From: Macrostomum lignano
Lineage: Eukaryota
Reading direction: 5' to 3'
Assembly: GCA_002269645.1 (NCBI GenBank)
Contig: NIVC01000938.1
Span: forward strand, 1 to 64,000
DNA: 64,000 nucleotides
Below the pieces are notes generated by a model. That model saw nothing but the letters and a program-made list of their open reading frames with translations, was not told the DNA's origin and ran no database searches. The position numbers were made by a program, and so were the translations under genes. This document shows positions 50,101 through 62,700 of this stretch, piece by piece; the stretch's first letter is position 1, and each line of letters opens with the position of its first letter.

Positions 50101-53100
50101 CAAAATAGTTGAGGATTGTTTGTGTCAAATTTCAAGACAATTAGTAAAAGTGGAGTGGCACTATGGAGAATTACAAAGTTACAAATTTTAAGCAGTTTTT
50201 TGCACTTTTAGGTATGAAGACTTAGATTTAGGAAATTCTAAGATAGCATAAGACATTCACCATAGTGAGTTTAGGATAGGTACAAATTTTGGTATAATTT
50301 GGTTGAGCAGTTTTATACATGCCCAGCCTCAAAATTTCACCTATCTGGTGCAACTTAGTTTTGTCCAGATTTGCAACTTACCTATGCACCACCACACTGA
50401 AGGACTAGGGGTAGCACGCCTCATGCATGCTTGTGCTTATTGAAACATGGAAGTACCTCATTTCTTTTCCCTTTCTCCTACTCTCACTCTCTTTACTGAT
50501 TGATTTATCATTCACTTATTCACTTATGCAGCATTGTAGACTATAGTACTAAACTGCATTGTAGCCTGTACCTTGTAGGCTACACTCTACATACTATACT
50601 ATATATGTCTGGCAAACTAACTTGTATATGTACACTCCTGCACTCACATGTATAGGTGTATATTCTTTGAGTCATTATATACTTCACTTAAAGATAGACC
50701 TGCATTTGACTAAATGAGGACTGAGCAATAAGTTTCCAGATGTGCCCAGACAGAAATAGTTAAAGAGAAAAAACAGTTACATCTTTTCAAAGTACTTTCT
50801 AGCAGATTCAATGTAAATTTTCATGCACTTAACCACTTGCTAAAGCAGCTGGACCAATCTAAAGCAAGCACCTCCTCCACATGCTGGATGAAGGCCTCCA
50901 CTGCAGCTTCTGGTGATCCATAGCAGATTCCACTCATCCTGTGCTTGATTTGTGGAAACACAGAAAAGTTGCAAGGGGCCAGGTTGGGGCTGTAAGGTGG
51001 ATTACTGAGCTCTTGAATGCGCTTTCCGGCCAGGAACTCTGCCACCTGTCAAGCCTTGTGGGCTAGGGTGTTGTGATGGAGAAGGATGCCCCAAACTCAG
51101 TTCTTGGGCAATGCCTGGAGAGAACACTCAGAACTTCTGGCAGGCAAACATTGGCATACCAGTCACCAGTGACTGTGCACTGCTGCACAAGTGGAACTGT
51201 GGCCAGATGACCAGTTTTTGCCACAAAAATGGCCACTATCTGCTTTGCCACGCTGCATTCTCACTGAAGCTTAGATGGTGGGGTGCTCCCAATTGCAACT
51301 TAGTTCCTCCCAATTGCAACTTAGTTCCTATCAATTGCGACTTAGTTCATCCCAATTGCAACTTAGTTCCTCCCAATTGCAACTTAGTTCCTCCCAATTG
51401 CGACTAAGTTCTTCCCAATTGTGAATTAGTTCCCCTTGATTGCAACTTAGTTCCTCCCAATTGCAACTTAGTTCTTCCCGATTGCAACTTAGTTCCTCCC
51501 AATTGCGAATTAGTTCCTCCCAATTGCGACTTAGTTCCTTCTGATTGCAACTTAGTTCCTCCCAATTGCAACTTAGTTTTTCCCAATTGCAACTTAGTTC
51601 TTCCTGATTGCAACTTAGTTCCTCCCAATTGCGACTTAGTTCCTTCTGATTGCAACTTAGTTCCTCCCAATTGTGACTTAATTTCTCCTGATTGCAACTT
51701 AGTTCCTCCCAATTGCAACTTAGTTCCTCCTAATTGCGACTTAGTTCTTCTGTTTCTGCCAGAATTTTGCAACTTACCTCGGCTGGCAGCCATTTCACCT
51801 GTCTGGTTTGGATGGGTCGGACAGGTGTTGGGCATATATTAGCAGTTTGGGAGTCTATAGCAATCAAAATAGTACATAGACAGATAGACAGAGTTTTCAT
51901 TTTTATATGTATAGATATTAGGGACATGATCATTCTTGTTTCTTTCAATGTGAACCTTTTCAATATTAATGACAGCTACTGGTACTCTATATGTTTTATT
52001 TGACATAGCTATTGTCTCTATATATGAAATGCATTATATATTGTACAAACATAGCCATTGTGTGTATAATTTCTAATATTATAGACATATCACCCAGCTA
52101 TCATGTGCATAGTTTTGATTCTATTATAACCATAATGCCTAGCTGTTATGATTATATATGTGTGGACCTAGTCAATATTAGATATAGCTACCATTTCTAT
52201 AAGTTTTCATGCCATAACTAAGTTGCAATTGAGAGGAACTAAGTTGCAATCAAGAGGAACTAAGTTGCAAATCTGGACAAAACTAAGTCACACTAAATGG
52301 GTAAAATTTTGAGGTTGGGCATGTATGTTTGGATCATTAGAACAATGTAATGAAAATTAATACTAATTTTGGGATAGCCTTTGTAGTAAATTGTATGCCA
52401 ATAAAATGATATGATTAATAAGCATATTTGGGTGCAACTTAGAGATTTACCTGGCAATTTCAATTGGCAACATTAATATGTAAGTTGCTAAAATAGTAGT
52501 CACGTGACTTACATGTATCAGTATGTGCTACCAATAAAAACAGCCAGGTGAATCCCTAGGTTTGTTGCACATGTATGTTAACTAGCACTGAAATAATGCA
52601 ATAAGCAGATGGCCAATAATTGCAAAAAATAAACATATATCAATTGTTAAAAAGATAAACAAAGCAAAATAGTTGGCCCTAACATATATTATTGACTTAA
52701 AATATTTTACTAGTATTTGGAATGTCTCACTTTTTAAAAAAATACAATTGTTTTAGATTCAATTTTTTCCCAAATTATGGTAAAGTTATCAAATAGCACA
52801 AATGTAATATCAGTTAGTATTAGTAATTAGAATTGGTTAGGATTAGATATTTTAATTATTTTATTTTCTAAAAACTTTTTCTCAATATAAACAGCAATTG
52901 AAAACTTAAAATATTTTTATTAATATGTGGCACTAATTCGATGACAAGGCATTTTCATAACTTAAAATTGTCATAGCTACTTTCGCCATTTACCTTTTAC
53001 TTTTTTCTTAAATTCGGATTTGAATCTGAAATTTTTGTACATTCGGATTCGGTTTTGAAAACTTGCATAAAACCACATTCGGTCCATCGCTAGTCTTGAC

Positions 53101-56100
53101 TCTTGATCGTCTCAATGTGGCCCATAAAAATACATGTACATAAAAATGATACATTTGTAAGTCGCATTTTTGGTCAATAAGTAAGTTGCATGGCTAGTGT
53201 AAATCAGGGAAGTTGCGCATGTATGTAAATAGTGCTATTTGTAAGTTTAACAGACTTAATCATGATTATTAATTAAATCATAAATTAATAACCAATAATT
53301 CAACCATCTTTCCTATACCTAATTTTATCAATCAGCTTCGCTCTGCTGTGTCCAAAGAATTTGACACCGACTCCAGCCAGTTATGCCTCATCTTTTCTGG
53401 CAAAATTCTCAAAGACGAAGAAACTCTGCCAGCTCTGGGCATCAAGGACGGTCTGGTTGTCCATCTGGTTATCAAGACTGCCCGACCTGTAGCGGCTGAG
53501 CAACCAGCCGCTGGTTCCGGCTCTGTTCCAGCAACCAGCAGCGTGCCTAACAACCAGACCGCCTCGAACCCGCCCGGCGGCATGCCTCTGCCCGATCTGT
53601 TTCGCGCGGGTGTCGAGTCTGGCGGCGGCCTAGCAGATATGCAGTCCCAAATGCAGCGGGAGATGATGCAAAATCCGCAGATGATGCGCCAGATGCTGGA
53701 CAACCCCCTGGTACAGTCCATCATGTCCAATCCGGACACTATGCGAGCTATGATCCAGAGCAATCCGCAACTGAGGGATCTCATGGACCGCAATCCGGAG
53801 CTCAACTCGTTGCTAAACAATCCTGAGGTGAGACAGCTGGGTTTTTTGTTGTGCTTGCCAGTTACAGAGAAGTGGTTGCCTGTTACTTTGATAGTTGCCG
53901 CGCAAGCTCTGTACCCCAGTAACCTAGCCGGTAGCAAAATACGCTTAGTTTTATTTACAATAAAACGTTTCTTTCGGGTAAAACAAGATTTATTTTATAT
54001 TATTTTTGTATTAATTTTCCAATGACTATTTAACAGCTTCTCAATGATGATCTACCAGCTTCGCAATGACTATCTACCAGCTTCCCAATGACTACCAGCT
54101 TCCCAATGACTATCTACCAGCTTCCCAATGACTATCTACCAGCTTCCCAATGACTATATACCAGCTTCCCAATGACTATCTACCAGCTTCCCAATAACTA
54201 TCTACCAGCTTCCCAATAACTATCTACCAGCTTCCCAATGACTATCTACCAGCTTCCCAATGACTACCAGCTTCCCAATGACTATCTACCAGCTTCCCAA
54301 TGACTATCTACCAGCTTCCCAATGACTATCTACCAGCTTCCCAATGACTATCTACCAGCTTCCCAATGACTATCTGCCAGCCTCCCAATGACTATCTACC
54401 AGCCTCCCAATGACTATCTACCAGCTTTCCAATGACTATCTGCCAGCTTCCCAATGACTATCTGCCAGCTTTTCAGTGACTATCTGCCAGCCTCCCAATG
54501 ACTATCTACCAGCCTCCCAATGACTATCTGCCAGCTTCCCAATGACTATCTACCAGCTTTCCAATGATTATCTGCCAGCTTCCCAATGACTATCTGCCAG
54601 CTTTTCAGTGACTATCTGCCAGCCTCCCAATGACTATCTACCAGCCTCCCAATGACTATCTACCAGCTTCCCAATGACTATCTACCAGCTTCCCAATGAC
54701 TACCAGCTTCCCAATGACTATCTACCAGCTTCCCAATGACTATCTACCAGCTTCCCAATGACTATCTACCAGCTTCCCTATGATTATCTGCCAGCCTCCC
54801 AATGACTATCTAACAGCCTCCCAATGACTATCTACCAGCTTCCCAATGACTATCTGCCAGCTTCCCAATGACTATCTACCAGCTTCCCAATGACTATCTG
54901 CCAGCCTCCCAATGACTATCTACCAGCCTCCCAATGACTATCTACCAGCTTTCCAATAATTATCTGCCAGCTTCCCAATGACTATCTACCAGCTTCCCTA
55001 TGATTTTCAAACACTTCCCTATGATTATCTAACAGCTTCCCTATGATTGTCTAACAGCTTCCCTATGATTGTCTAACAGCTTACCTATGAATGTCTAACA
55101 GCTTCCCTATGATTGTCTAACAGCTTACCTATGAATGTCTAACAGCTTACCTATGAATGTCTAACAGCTTCCCTATGATTGTCTAACAGCTTACCTATGA
55201 ATGTCTAACAGCTTACCTATGAATGTCTAACAGCTTACCTATGAATGTCTAACAGCTTCCCTATGATTGTCTACCAGCTTCCCTATGATTGTCTACCAGC
55301 TTCCCTATGATTGTCTAACAGCTTACCTATGAATGTCTAACAGCTTCCCTATGATTGTCTAACAGCTTCCCTATGATTGTCTACCAGCTTCCCTATGACT
55401 ATCTAACCCCCCGCCCACTCCGCCGCAGATTCTCCGTCAAACGATGGAGCTGGCCCGTAGCCCAGCCGCCATGGAGGAGATGTCGCGCAATTACGATCGC
55501 GCCCTCAGCAACCTGGAGAGCGTACCAGGCGGATTCGGCCATCTGCAGCGAATGTACCGCGACATCCAGGAGCCGATGCTCAGCGCCACCGAGGAGTCGA
55601 TGTCGCGCAATCCGTTCGCCAATCTGGCTGGCGGCACGCGGCCAACAGGCTCGGATCAGCAGGGCACGGAAAACAACCAGCCGCTGCCAAATCCCTGGGC
55701 TTCGGCTGCTTCAACTGCTGGTGGTCAGCAGCAGCAGCAGCCTCCGTCATCGGGCTCTTCGACTTCGGCTACTCAACCGGGAATTCGCAGCCTGCAGGAG
55801 CAGCTGCTGCAATCTAATCCGGCTATGCTGTCTCAGGCTATGCAGGCTCCCTATATGCAGTCTATGATGCAGGTGCGCGCCACTTGGCTATCGGGCAATT
55901 TTCCGGGTTGTTGTAGGGGAACTTTCATAGTCGATTTAGGGAAATTTTCCGAGTTGATTTTAGGGGAATTATCCGGGTTGATTTTAGGGGAATAAAAATC
56001 CGGGTTGATTTTAGGGGAATTATCCGGGTTGATTTTAGGGGAATAAAAATCCGGGTTGATTTTAGGGGAATTATCCGGGTTGATTTTAGGGGAATAAAAA

Positions 56101-58404
56101 TCCGGGTTGATTTTAGGGGAATTATCCGGGTTGATTTTAGGGGAATAAAAATCCGGGTTGATTTTAGGGGAATTATCCGGGTTGATTTTAGGGGAATAAA
56201 AATCCGGGTTGATTTTAGGGGAATTATCCGGGTTGATTTTAGGGGAATAAAAATCCGGGTTGATTTTAGGGGAATTATCCGGGTTGATTTTAGGGGAATA
56301 AAAATCCGGGTTGATTTTAGGGGAATAAAAATCCGGGTTGATTTTAGGGGAATTATCCGGGTTGATTTTAGGGGAATAAAAATCCGGGTTGATTTTAGGG
56401 GAATAAAAATCCGGGTTGATTTTAGGGGAATTATCCGGGTTGATTTTAGGGGAATAAAAATCCGGGTTGATTTTAGGGGAATTATCCGGGTTGATTTTAG
56501 GGGAATTATCCGGGTTGATTTTAGGGGAATAAAAATCCGGGTTGATTTTAGGGAAATTATCCGGGTTGATTTTAGGGGAATTATCCGGGTTGATTTTAGG
56601 GGAATAAAAATCCGGGTTGATTTTAGGGGAATTATCCGGGTTGATTTTAGGGGAATAAAAATCCGGGTTGATTTTAGGGGAATTATCCGGGTTGATTTTA
56701 GGGGAATAAAAATCCGGGTTGATTTTAGGGGAATAAAAATCCGGGTTGATTTTAGGGTAATTATCCGGGTTGATTTTAGGGGAATTATCCGGGTTGATTT
56801 TAGGGGAATAAAAATCCGGGTTGATTTTAGGGGAATAAAAATCCGGGTTGATTTTAGGGTAATTATCCGGGTTGATTTTAGGGGAATAAAAATCCGGGTT
56901 GATTTTAGGGGAATTATCCGGGTTGATTTTAGGGGAATTATCCGGGTTGATTTTAGGGGAATTATCCGGGTTGATTTTAGGGGAATAAAAATCCGGGTTG
57001 ATTTTAGGGGAATTATCCGGGTTGATTTTAGGGGAATAAAAATCCGGGTTGATTTTAGGGAAATTATCCGGGTTGATTTTAGGGGAATTATCCGGGTTGA
57101 TTTTAGGGAAATTATCCGGGTTGATTTTAGGGGAATTATCCAAGTTGATTTTAGAGGAATTATCCGGATTGTTTTAAGGGAATTATCCGGGTTTTTTGGG
57201 GGAATTTTTGGTATCGGAGAGAATTTTTAGGATTGATTTACGCAAATATTCTGATGTAATTTTAAGGGAATTTTTCTGATTGATTATGAGAGACTTTAAG
57301 GGCTACTTATTATTAATATAGATTTCCGCGTTGCTAAAGCCTTTCCCCCGCCATGCCCAATTGTTGCCAGGCGCTGGCTGCTGACCCGCAGCTGGCCGAG
57401 TCCATGCTGGTCAATTCGCCTCTGGTTGCCGGCAATCCCGAGCTGCAGGCCCAGATGCGCCAGATGTTGCCGCAGATGATGACCCAGATGAGCAATCCGC
57501 AGACTCAGGCGGCGCTGAGCAACCCGAGAGCTCTGCAGGCTATCATGCAGATTCAGGAGAGCATGCGGGTGCTGCAACAGGAGGCTCCCGGCTTTGTGCC
57601 CGGCATGATGCCCGTGAGTTTCCGGAGCTCTCATTGTAGCTTTTTTAGCTAGTTAGAGTCTGGTGAGCTGTGTGCACCTGGGGCACCTTCAGCGACCTTT
57701 AACTTTGTCACGCAACCGGCGAGAGGCATTGCTGCCCATTCCGCCGACTCCCCTGAGCAGGCACACAAGCGCGCGGATACGTACGCAGTCAAACGCACAG
57801 GCACACACTCACACAGGAGTGTACAGCGGCCCCAACTTTATTTATCGTTAGGCATGTACACCTCAATGTGCTTTGGGGGGTTGGCTCTCAAGGCCGTTAA
57901 TTGCACGAGCAGAGAGCCAAGCCGAGATTCCAATTCAGCACCAAATTAATGTGACTGCATTTGGAATCGAGCCTGGGCCGCTGGCACATCAGAGCGATCA
58001 AAAACTCATAAAGATAAGCCTAAACCTAAACCCACTCTTTAACTCATAAACACTCACCCGCGCACAAACCGCAGGCTGGCACCGCAGGCAGTGAGCAGGC
58101 CGCCCCAGCAGGAGGACAGCAGCAGCAGCAGCAACAGCAGCCGCAACAGCAGCACCAGACAGACATGGCCTCGCTAATGCAGTCAATGCTGGGCATGATG
58201 GCCAGTCAAGGCGGTGTCGCCAACCCTCAGCAGCAGCAGCAGCAACAGCAGCAGCTGCCGCCCGAGCAGCGCTACGCCTCCCAGCTGGAGCAGCTGGCCA
58301 GCATGGGCTTCCTCAACCGGGAAGCCAACCTGCGAGCCATTCAAGCCACATTTGGCGACGTGAATGCCGCTATCGATCGGCTGCTGCAGTCTGGCGGGCA
58401 GTGA
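41122..58404 (+). CDS. UBQLN: Ubiquilin (UBL-STI1-UBA); exons 41122-41214, 53336-53827, 55429-55872, 57371-57613, 58075-58404
   Basis: [31 protein letters not shown]|[19 protein letters not shown] (UBL); [12 protein letters not shown] and [12 protein letters not shown] (STI1); [43 protein letters not shown] (UBA). All introns are GT-AG and phase 0, and exon lengths are multiples of 3. Confidence 0.95.
41795..42330. repeat. ~21-bp minisatellite (AAAAAGGATTAGGTAAGTCGC)n inside the TIR element
   Basis: About 25 units directly visible. Confidence 0.95.
42568..43710. mobile_element. Mariner-like MITE with ~210-bp inverted arms, right end truncated
   Basis: Begins TA|CGAGGGGCGTCCGGAAAGTAG (mariner-type terminus); 42580-42790 is the reverse complement of about 43500-43710. 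Confidence 0.7.
42956..43252. mobile_element. 297-bp MITE of the CATACATG family
   Basis: Same TIRs as 41588-45005, with an exact TSD GATGTGCA (42948-42955, 43253-43260). Confidence 0.9.
43740..44420. repeat. Polypyrimidine tract followed by long polypurine (GA-rich) tract
   Basis: CT-rich 43740-43900, GA-rich 43940-44420. Confidence 0.9.
45985..48470. mobile_element. Foldback-type element with ~480-bp inverted arms
   Basis: 45985-46470 is the reverse complement of 47607-48068 plus 48439-48470 (right arm split by an insertion). No TSD was recognised. Confidence 0.85.
48069..48438. mobile_element. MULE-like MITE with 9-bp TSD
   Basis: TIR ..CTCCCTAAAACACGCCC / GGGCGTGTTTTAGGGAG..; TSD TGTCTGAAT at 48060-48068 and 48439-48447. 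Confidence 0.8.
50821..51260 (-). mobile_element. Mariner transposase remnant
   Basis: [38 protein letters not shown], matching mariner 'HDNARPH' and 'YSPDLAPxDF' with D-to-N changes, a stop and a frameshift. Confidence 0.85.
51290..51750. repeat. 21-bp minisatellite (CCCAATTGCAACTTAGTTCCT)n
   Basis: About 22 degenerate units. Confidence 0.95.
54050..55400. repeat. 22-bp minisatellite in ubiquilin intron 2, two variant domains
   Basis: ACTATCTACCAGCTTCCCAATG to about 55010, then ATTGTCTAACAGCTTCCCTATG / AATGTCTAACAGCTTACCTATG. Confidence 0.97.
55940..57190. repeat. 24/27-bp G-rich minisatellite in ubiquilin intron 3
   Basis: Interspersed units AATTATCCGGGTTGATTTTAGGGG (24) and AATAAAAATCCGGGTTGATTTTAGGGG (27). 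Confidence 0.98.
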
Positions 58405-59663
58405 CGGACTGACCGAGTTTGATTGACATGAGAAACAATGTCCCACCGATATCGGTTTTGTCATCTAATAACATTATAATTTATTATATATTGTTGCCCA
58501 ATCAATTAATTACTATTTGACGTCTGTTAATTAGTCTTATTGTTGTTTTTTAATACAAAAAATGTTTGAAAATTAAATGTTTTGTTAATATCCTAAGCTA
58601 TACTATTGGCACTACTAATAGTAACTGAAACGCGTTTTTTTGTCTATATTTAAAAGCGGTCTATATAAAACTGGGATTCTGCGCTGCGTACGTGCTATTC
58701 CATGCCACTATATTGTTTGTCCTGCCCTTTTAATCATCGCTGCTTGTCATTTCGCGTCATTGCTAATTATTTACTCTGACCATCTTTAATTACAGTTTTA
58801 TGCCCTTCCAAGATATCCCGCTACCTGTGTCTGTAACTAATCTAAAATGATAAACTTGCTTACTCTCATTATCTCCTTATAATTTCCCTTCAATTGGAAG
58901 TTCTTTCGGTTTTTTGTCCGGGCTAATTTCTTCTTTTGTATATCCAGACCTTTGCGCGCACTGCTTTTGTTTATTTTTATTTCTTGGAAATGAAAAATAA
59001 TTCTGCAAAAACAATTGGCGCTGTCGGGCCAATGTTTTGATCTCTCGAGATATTTTTTCTATAATCCCCCTAACGACTAACCCAGTTATAGTAACTTGAT
59101 CAATCTAGATAACGATAATTAGCGCATTGCTTGCAATAATTTCCCGGAGTCCGAACAGACCAGGCGGACTCTCGTGTTATTGAGAAATGTTAATTTTGCT
59201 TTGCCCCAAGCGGTTTTTTTCCGGTTCGCTTAACTATTATAAATACAGACATACTTCACACCCATTCAGCTACTTATAGTAGGGCTATATGCGAACAGAT
59301 TTTCGCAATTGGGGTGAAGCAGTTCAAGTTTCAACAGACTGTCGGATTTTATTTTTTATTAGCGAGTTTTAATTCATCTAATACTTATAAATACCTGATA
59401 GCTCTGAAAATGTAGCTCTGAGTATGTCGGATGTACACGAAAATGAAAATCCAACGAAAATATCTTGTACTTCATGTTTTCCAGAACACAGTCACCGTAG
59501 TTGACTGTTGACTGAATTCATGTTGTAATTATGGTTGCATTGTATATTTAATGATTCAGGCCAACAGTGCAACCAAAGTTCAAATCAGATGGCGATGTGG
59601 CGCGATGACGTCACACTATATGTATAATGCACAATCGCAATTCTGTTTATGTTATTAAAGCAA

Positions 59664-59797
59664 GCCCCTACTACAAAGACCCTTCAACAAGGGCTGCAAG
59701 TCCCTACAAGGACCCTTCAACAAGGGCCGCAAGTCCCTACAAAGACCCTTCAACAAGGGCTGCAAGTCCCTACAAAGACCCTTCAACAAGGGCCGCC
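59664..59797. repeat. 33-bp tandem repeat x4 overlapping ELP1 stop codon
   Basis: AAGTCCCTACAAAGACCCTTCAACAAGGGC(T/C)GC repeated. Confidence 0.92.
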
Positions 59798-62700
59798 CCA
59801 GTCGAGCCGCTGCCAGGCCGCCTTGGCAGACTCCAGCTCGGCCAGCAGGGAGTCCGGCCTCCCCATGGAGGGCAGCACGCAGCCGTAGGCCAGAGCGGTG
59901 CGCACCATCGTAGCTGATGATCCACCAGCCCCACTGGCGTCATCCTCAATGGCAGCGGCGGCGTTCGGCCAGATGCTGGCCGAGCCGCAGGTCAGCCTCG
60001 TGAGGCAGGCCGACACGGCGCGTCGTAGGCGCCAGGCCTCTGCGTGTTCGCCAAGTCCGGTTAGAGCCGCGCATAGTTGGCGCGCCTGAGTCTGGCGCCG
60101 GGAGCGCCGCGCTAAACAATCGGCGAGGCTGTTCAACAAGCCGAGCTCTTCAAGCGGATGGCCGGGCTTAGCGCCGGCCGTTTCCAATTTCCGCTTGGCT
60201 TTTCTACGACTTTTCCGAGTGCCGGACGAGGCGGAGGTCAAGGAGGCAGACGAGGCCCGGCTGACCGTGGAGCCCGCATCCGAGAAGGCGTCATCGTCGG
60301 GGCCGACCGCGCCAGCCCGCTGCTGACGCCCCTGCTGACCGGAGTAGTCAAATCCTATCGGAAGTACAGTTTTTAAAGCATAGCTAGACACTACTAAAAA
60401 TAAGGTTCAATCAGTAGTATAGCCGAAATATTAATTCACTATTTTAAAATAAATCAATGCGCGCTTACCGCCCCCAGCAGCTCGGGCCTCCCGCTCGGTT
60501 CTCAGCCGGATCAGGCGGTCCCGCTGCTCGGCAAACTGCGCCGCGTCGTTGGCCGCATCGTCGGCTTCGCGTTCGACGGCTTGGCGGGCAGCTTCGATCA
60601 GAGTGGAGCGCAGTTCGGCTGCTTCGGACTGACTGGCCGCCTGGGCGATCTGCAGTGGTAGTAGTAGTAGTAGTACTAGTAGTAGTAGTAGTAGTAGTAG
60701 TACTAGTAGTAGTAGTAGCAGTAGTAGTAGTAGTAGAAGTAGTAGTAGTAGGCTTTCTTTGCTTTCTAAGCATTTCCAAAGCACGCAATACGCTTTTGCT
60801 GAGTCATCCAAGGGTTGTTGACTTACCAAGAGTTCGCACCGTTGCCAAAGGCAGCCATCCAAGGCCGCTGAAAACGCTGAAGGGCCGGTAATCGCTACCT
60901 GGTAAATTAATTAATAGCTAAGTTAACAGCCTGCAGCGAAGCGCTACTTAATAGCTGGGTGTCACAAATGGACCGGTGTCCAAGATGATATTTAGGGAAA
61001 AATTTTAAGGTCAGTAAAATGGAGCAATCGGATTAAGTATACAGAAACACCTGCGCTGGATCGGCTTAATTAAACGGCAAAGACATACATATAATAGGTT
61101 CAAATTGCAGTCAGATGTGACGTTAAGTAAAGACCACGCACGGCTTGATTAACGATCAGCTGGTGACTTACAGATGTTGGAATGACTTGATGGCTTTTAG
61201 AGAGAAAATTCCAGAGATTTCCACTGGGAAAATTCCAAGAGAAAAAACCTGTCGCCTACGACAAAAAGACAGGCGACGCTAGCAGATTAAAATCTTTTTT
61301 TTTCTGTCGAATAACGGAACCGAGCAAATGCGTTGCTACCGAGCGAACTGGGATCAAAATCCCTAAAATATTTGCGGACCCACTCACTGGAGCAGCCGGG
61401 TCGGGCCTGAGCGAGCTCAACAGCAGCACCGCGTCCGCATGCCGACCGGCCTCGCAAAGTCGGGCTGGAAAAGTGCAGTGTGGGAAAAGTACAGCTAAGT
61501 CCTTGTAAGCATATCTGGGAAAGTATTTGATTAGATTATGCAGTTGGGACCGAGTGCACTGACACATCTGAGCACACAATATAGATACCACACTGCCAAA
61601 TATAGATATCGCACTGCCAAATATAGATACCACACTGCCCAATATAGCTAGATACCACACTGCCCAATATAGCTAGATACCACACTGCCCAATATAGCTA
61701 GATACCACACTGCCAAATATAGATACCACACTGCCAAATATAGATACCACACTGCCCAATATAGCTAGATACCACACTGCCAAATATAGATACCACACTG
61801 CCCAATATAGATATCGCACTGCCTCAATATAGATACCACACTGCCCAATATAGCTAGATACCACACTGCCCAATATAGATACCACACTGCCCAATATAGC
61901 TAGATACCACACTGCCTCAATATAGATACCACACTGCCCAATATAGCTAGATACCACACTACCCAATATAGATATCGCACTGCCTCAATATAGATACCAC
62001 ACTGCCCAATATAGATATCGCACTGCCTCAATATAGATACCACACTGCCCAATATAGCTAGATACCACACTGCCCAATATAGATACCACACTGCCAAATA
62101 TAGATACCACACTGCCCAATATAGATACCACACTGCCCAATATAGATACCACACTGCCAAATATAGCTAGATACCACACTGCCCAATATAGATACCACAC
62201 TGCCCAATATAGATACCACACTGCCCAATATAGATACCACACTGCCAAATATAGCTAGATACCACACTGCCCAATATAGCTAGATACCACACTGCCCAAT
62301 ATAGATACCACACTGCCCAATATAGATACCACACTGCCAAATATAGATACCACACTGCCAAATATAGATACCACACTGCCAAATATAGATATCGCACTGC
62401 CTCAATATAGATACCACACTGCCCAATATAGCTAGATACAACACTGCCAAATATAGATACCACATAGATACCAACACAGATCCCACACTATCCCAACACA
62501 GATCCCACACTATCCCAACACAGATCCCACACTATCCCAACACAGATCCCACACTATCCCAACACAGATCCCACACTATCCCAACACAGATCCCACACTA
62601 TCCCAACACAGATCCCACACTATCCCAACACAGATCCCACACTATCCCAACACAGATCCCACACTATCCCACACTATCCCAACACAGATCCCACACTATC

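Larger units (their letters stand above)
50314..52327. mobile_element. Second subfamily of CATACATG-terminated element
   Basis: (T)ATACATGCCCAGCCTCAAAATTT..CTTAGTTTTGTCCAGATTTGCAACTTA vs TAAGTTGCAAATCTGGACAAAACTAAG..AAATTTTGAGGTTGGGCATGTATG. No TSD was found. Confidence 0.7.

Noticed and set aside
51111-51835. PNCNLVP / QLGGTKL repeat ORFs
   Set aside because: Translations of the 21-bp minisatellite.
55851-57143. 430-aa KINPDNSP repeat protein on - strand
   Set aside because: Antisense translation of an intronic minisatellite inside ubiquilin; no unique flanking coding sequence.
55940-57190. Interstitial telomere
   Set aside because: TTAGGG occurs once per 24/27-bp unit, not as tandem hexamers.
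61256-62510. WYLY/GSVVS repeat ORFs
   Set aside because: Translations of the intronic satellite; only the short EAGRHADAVLLL segment is ELP1 exon.
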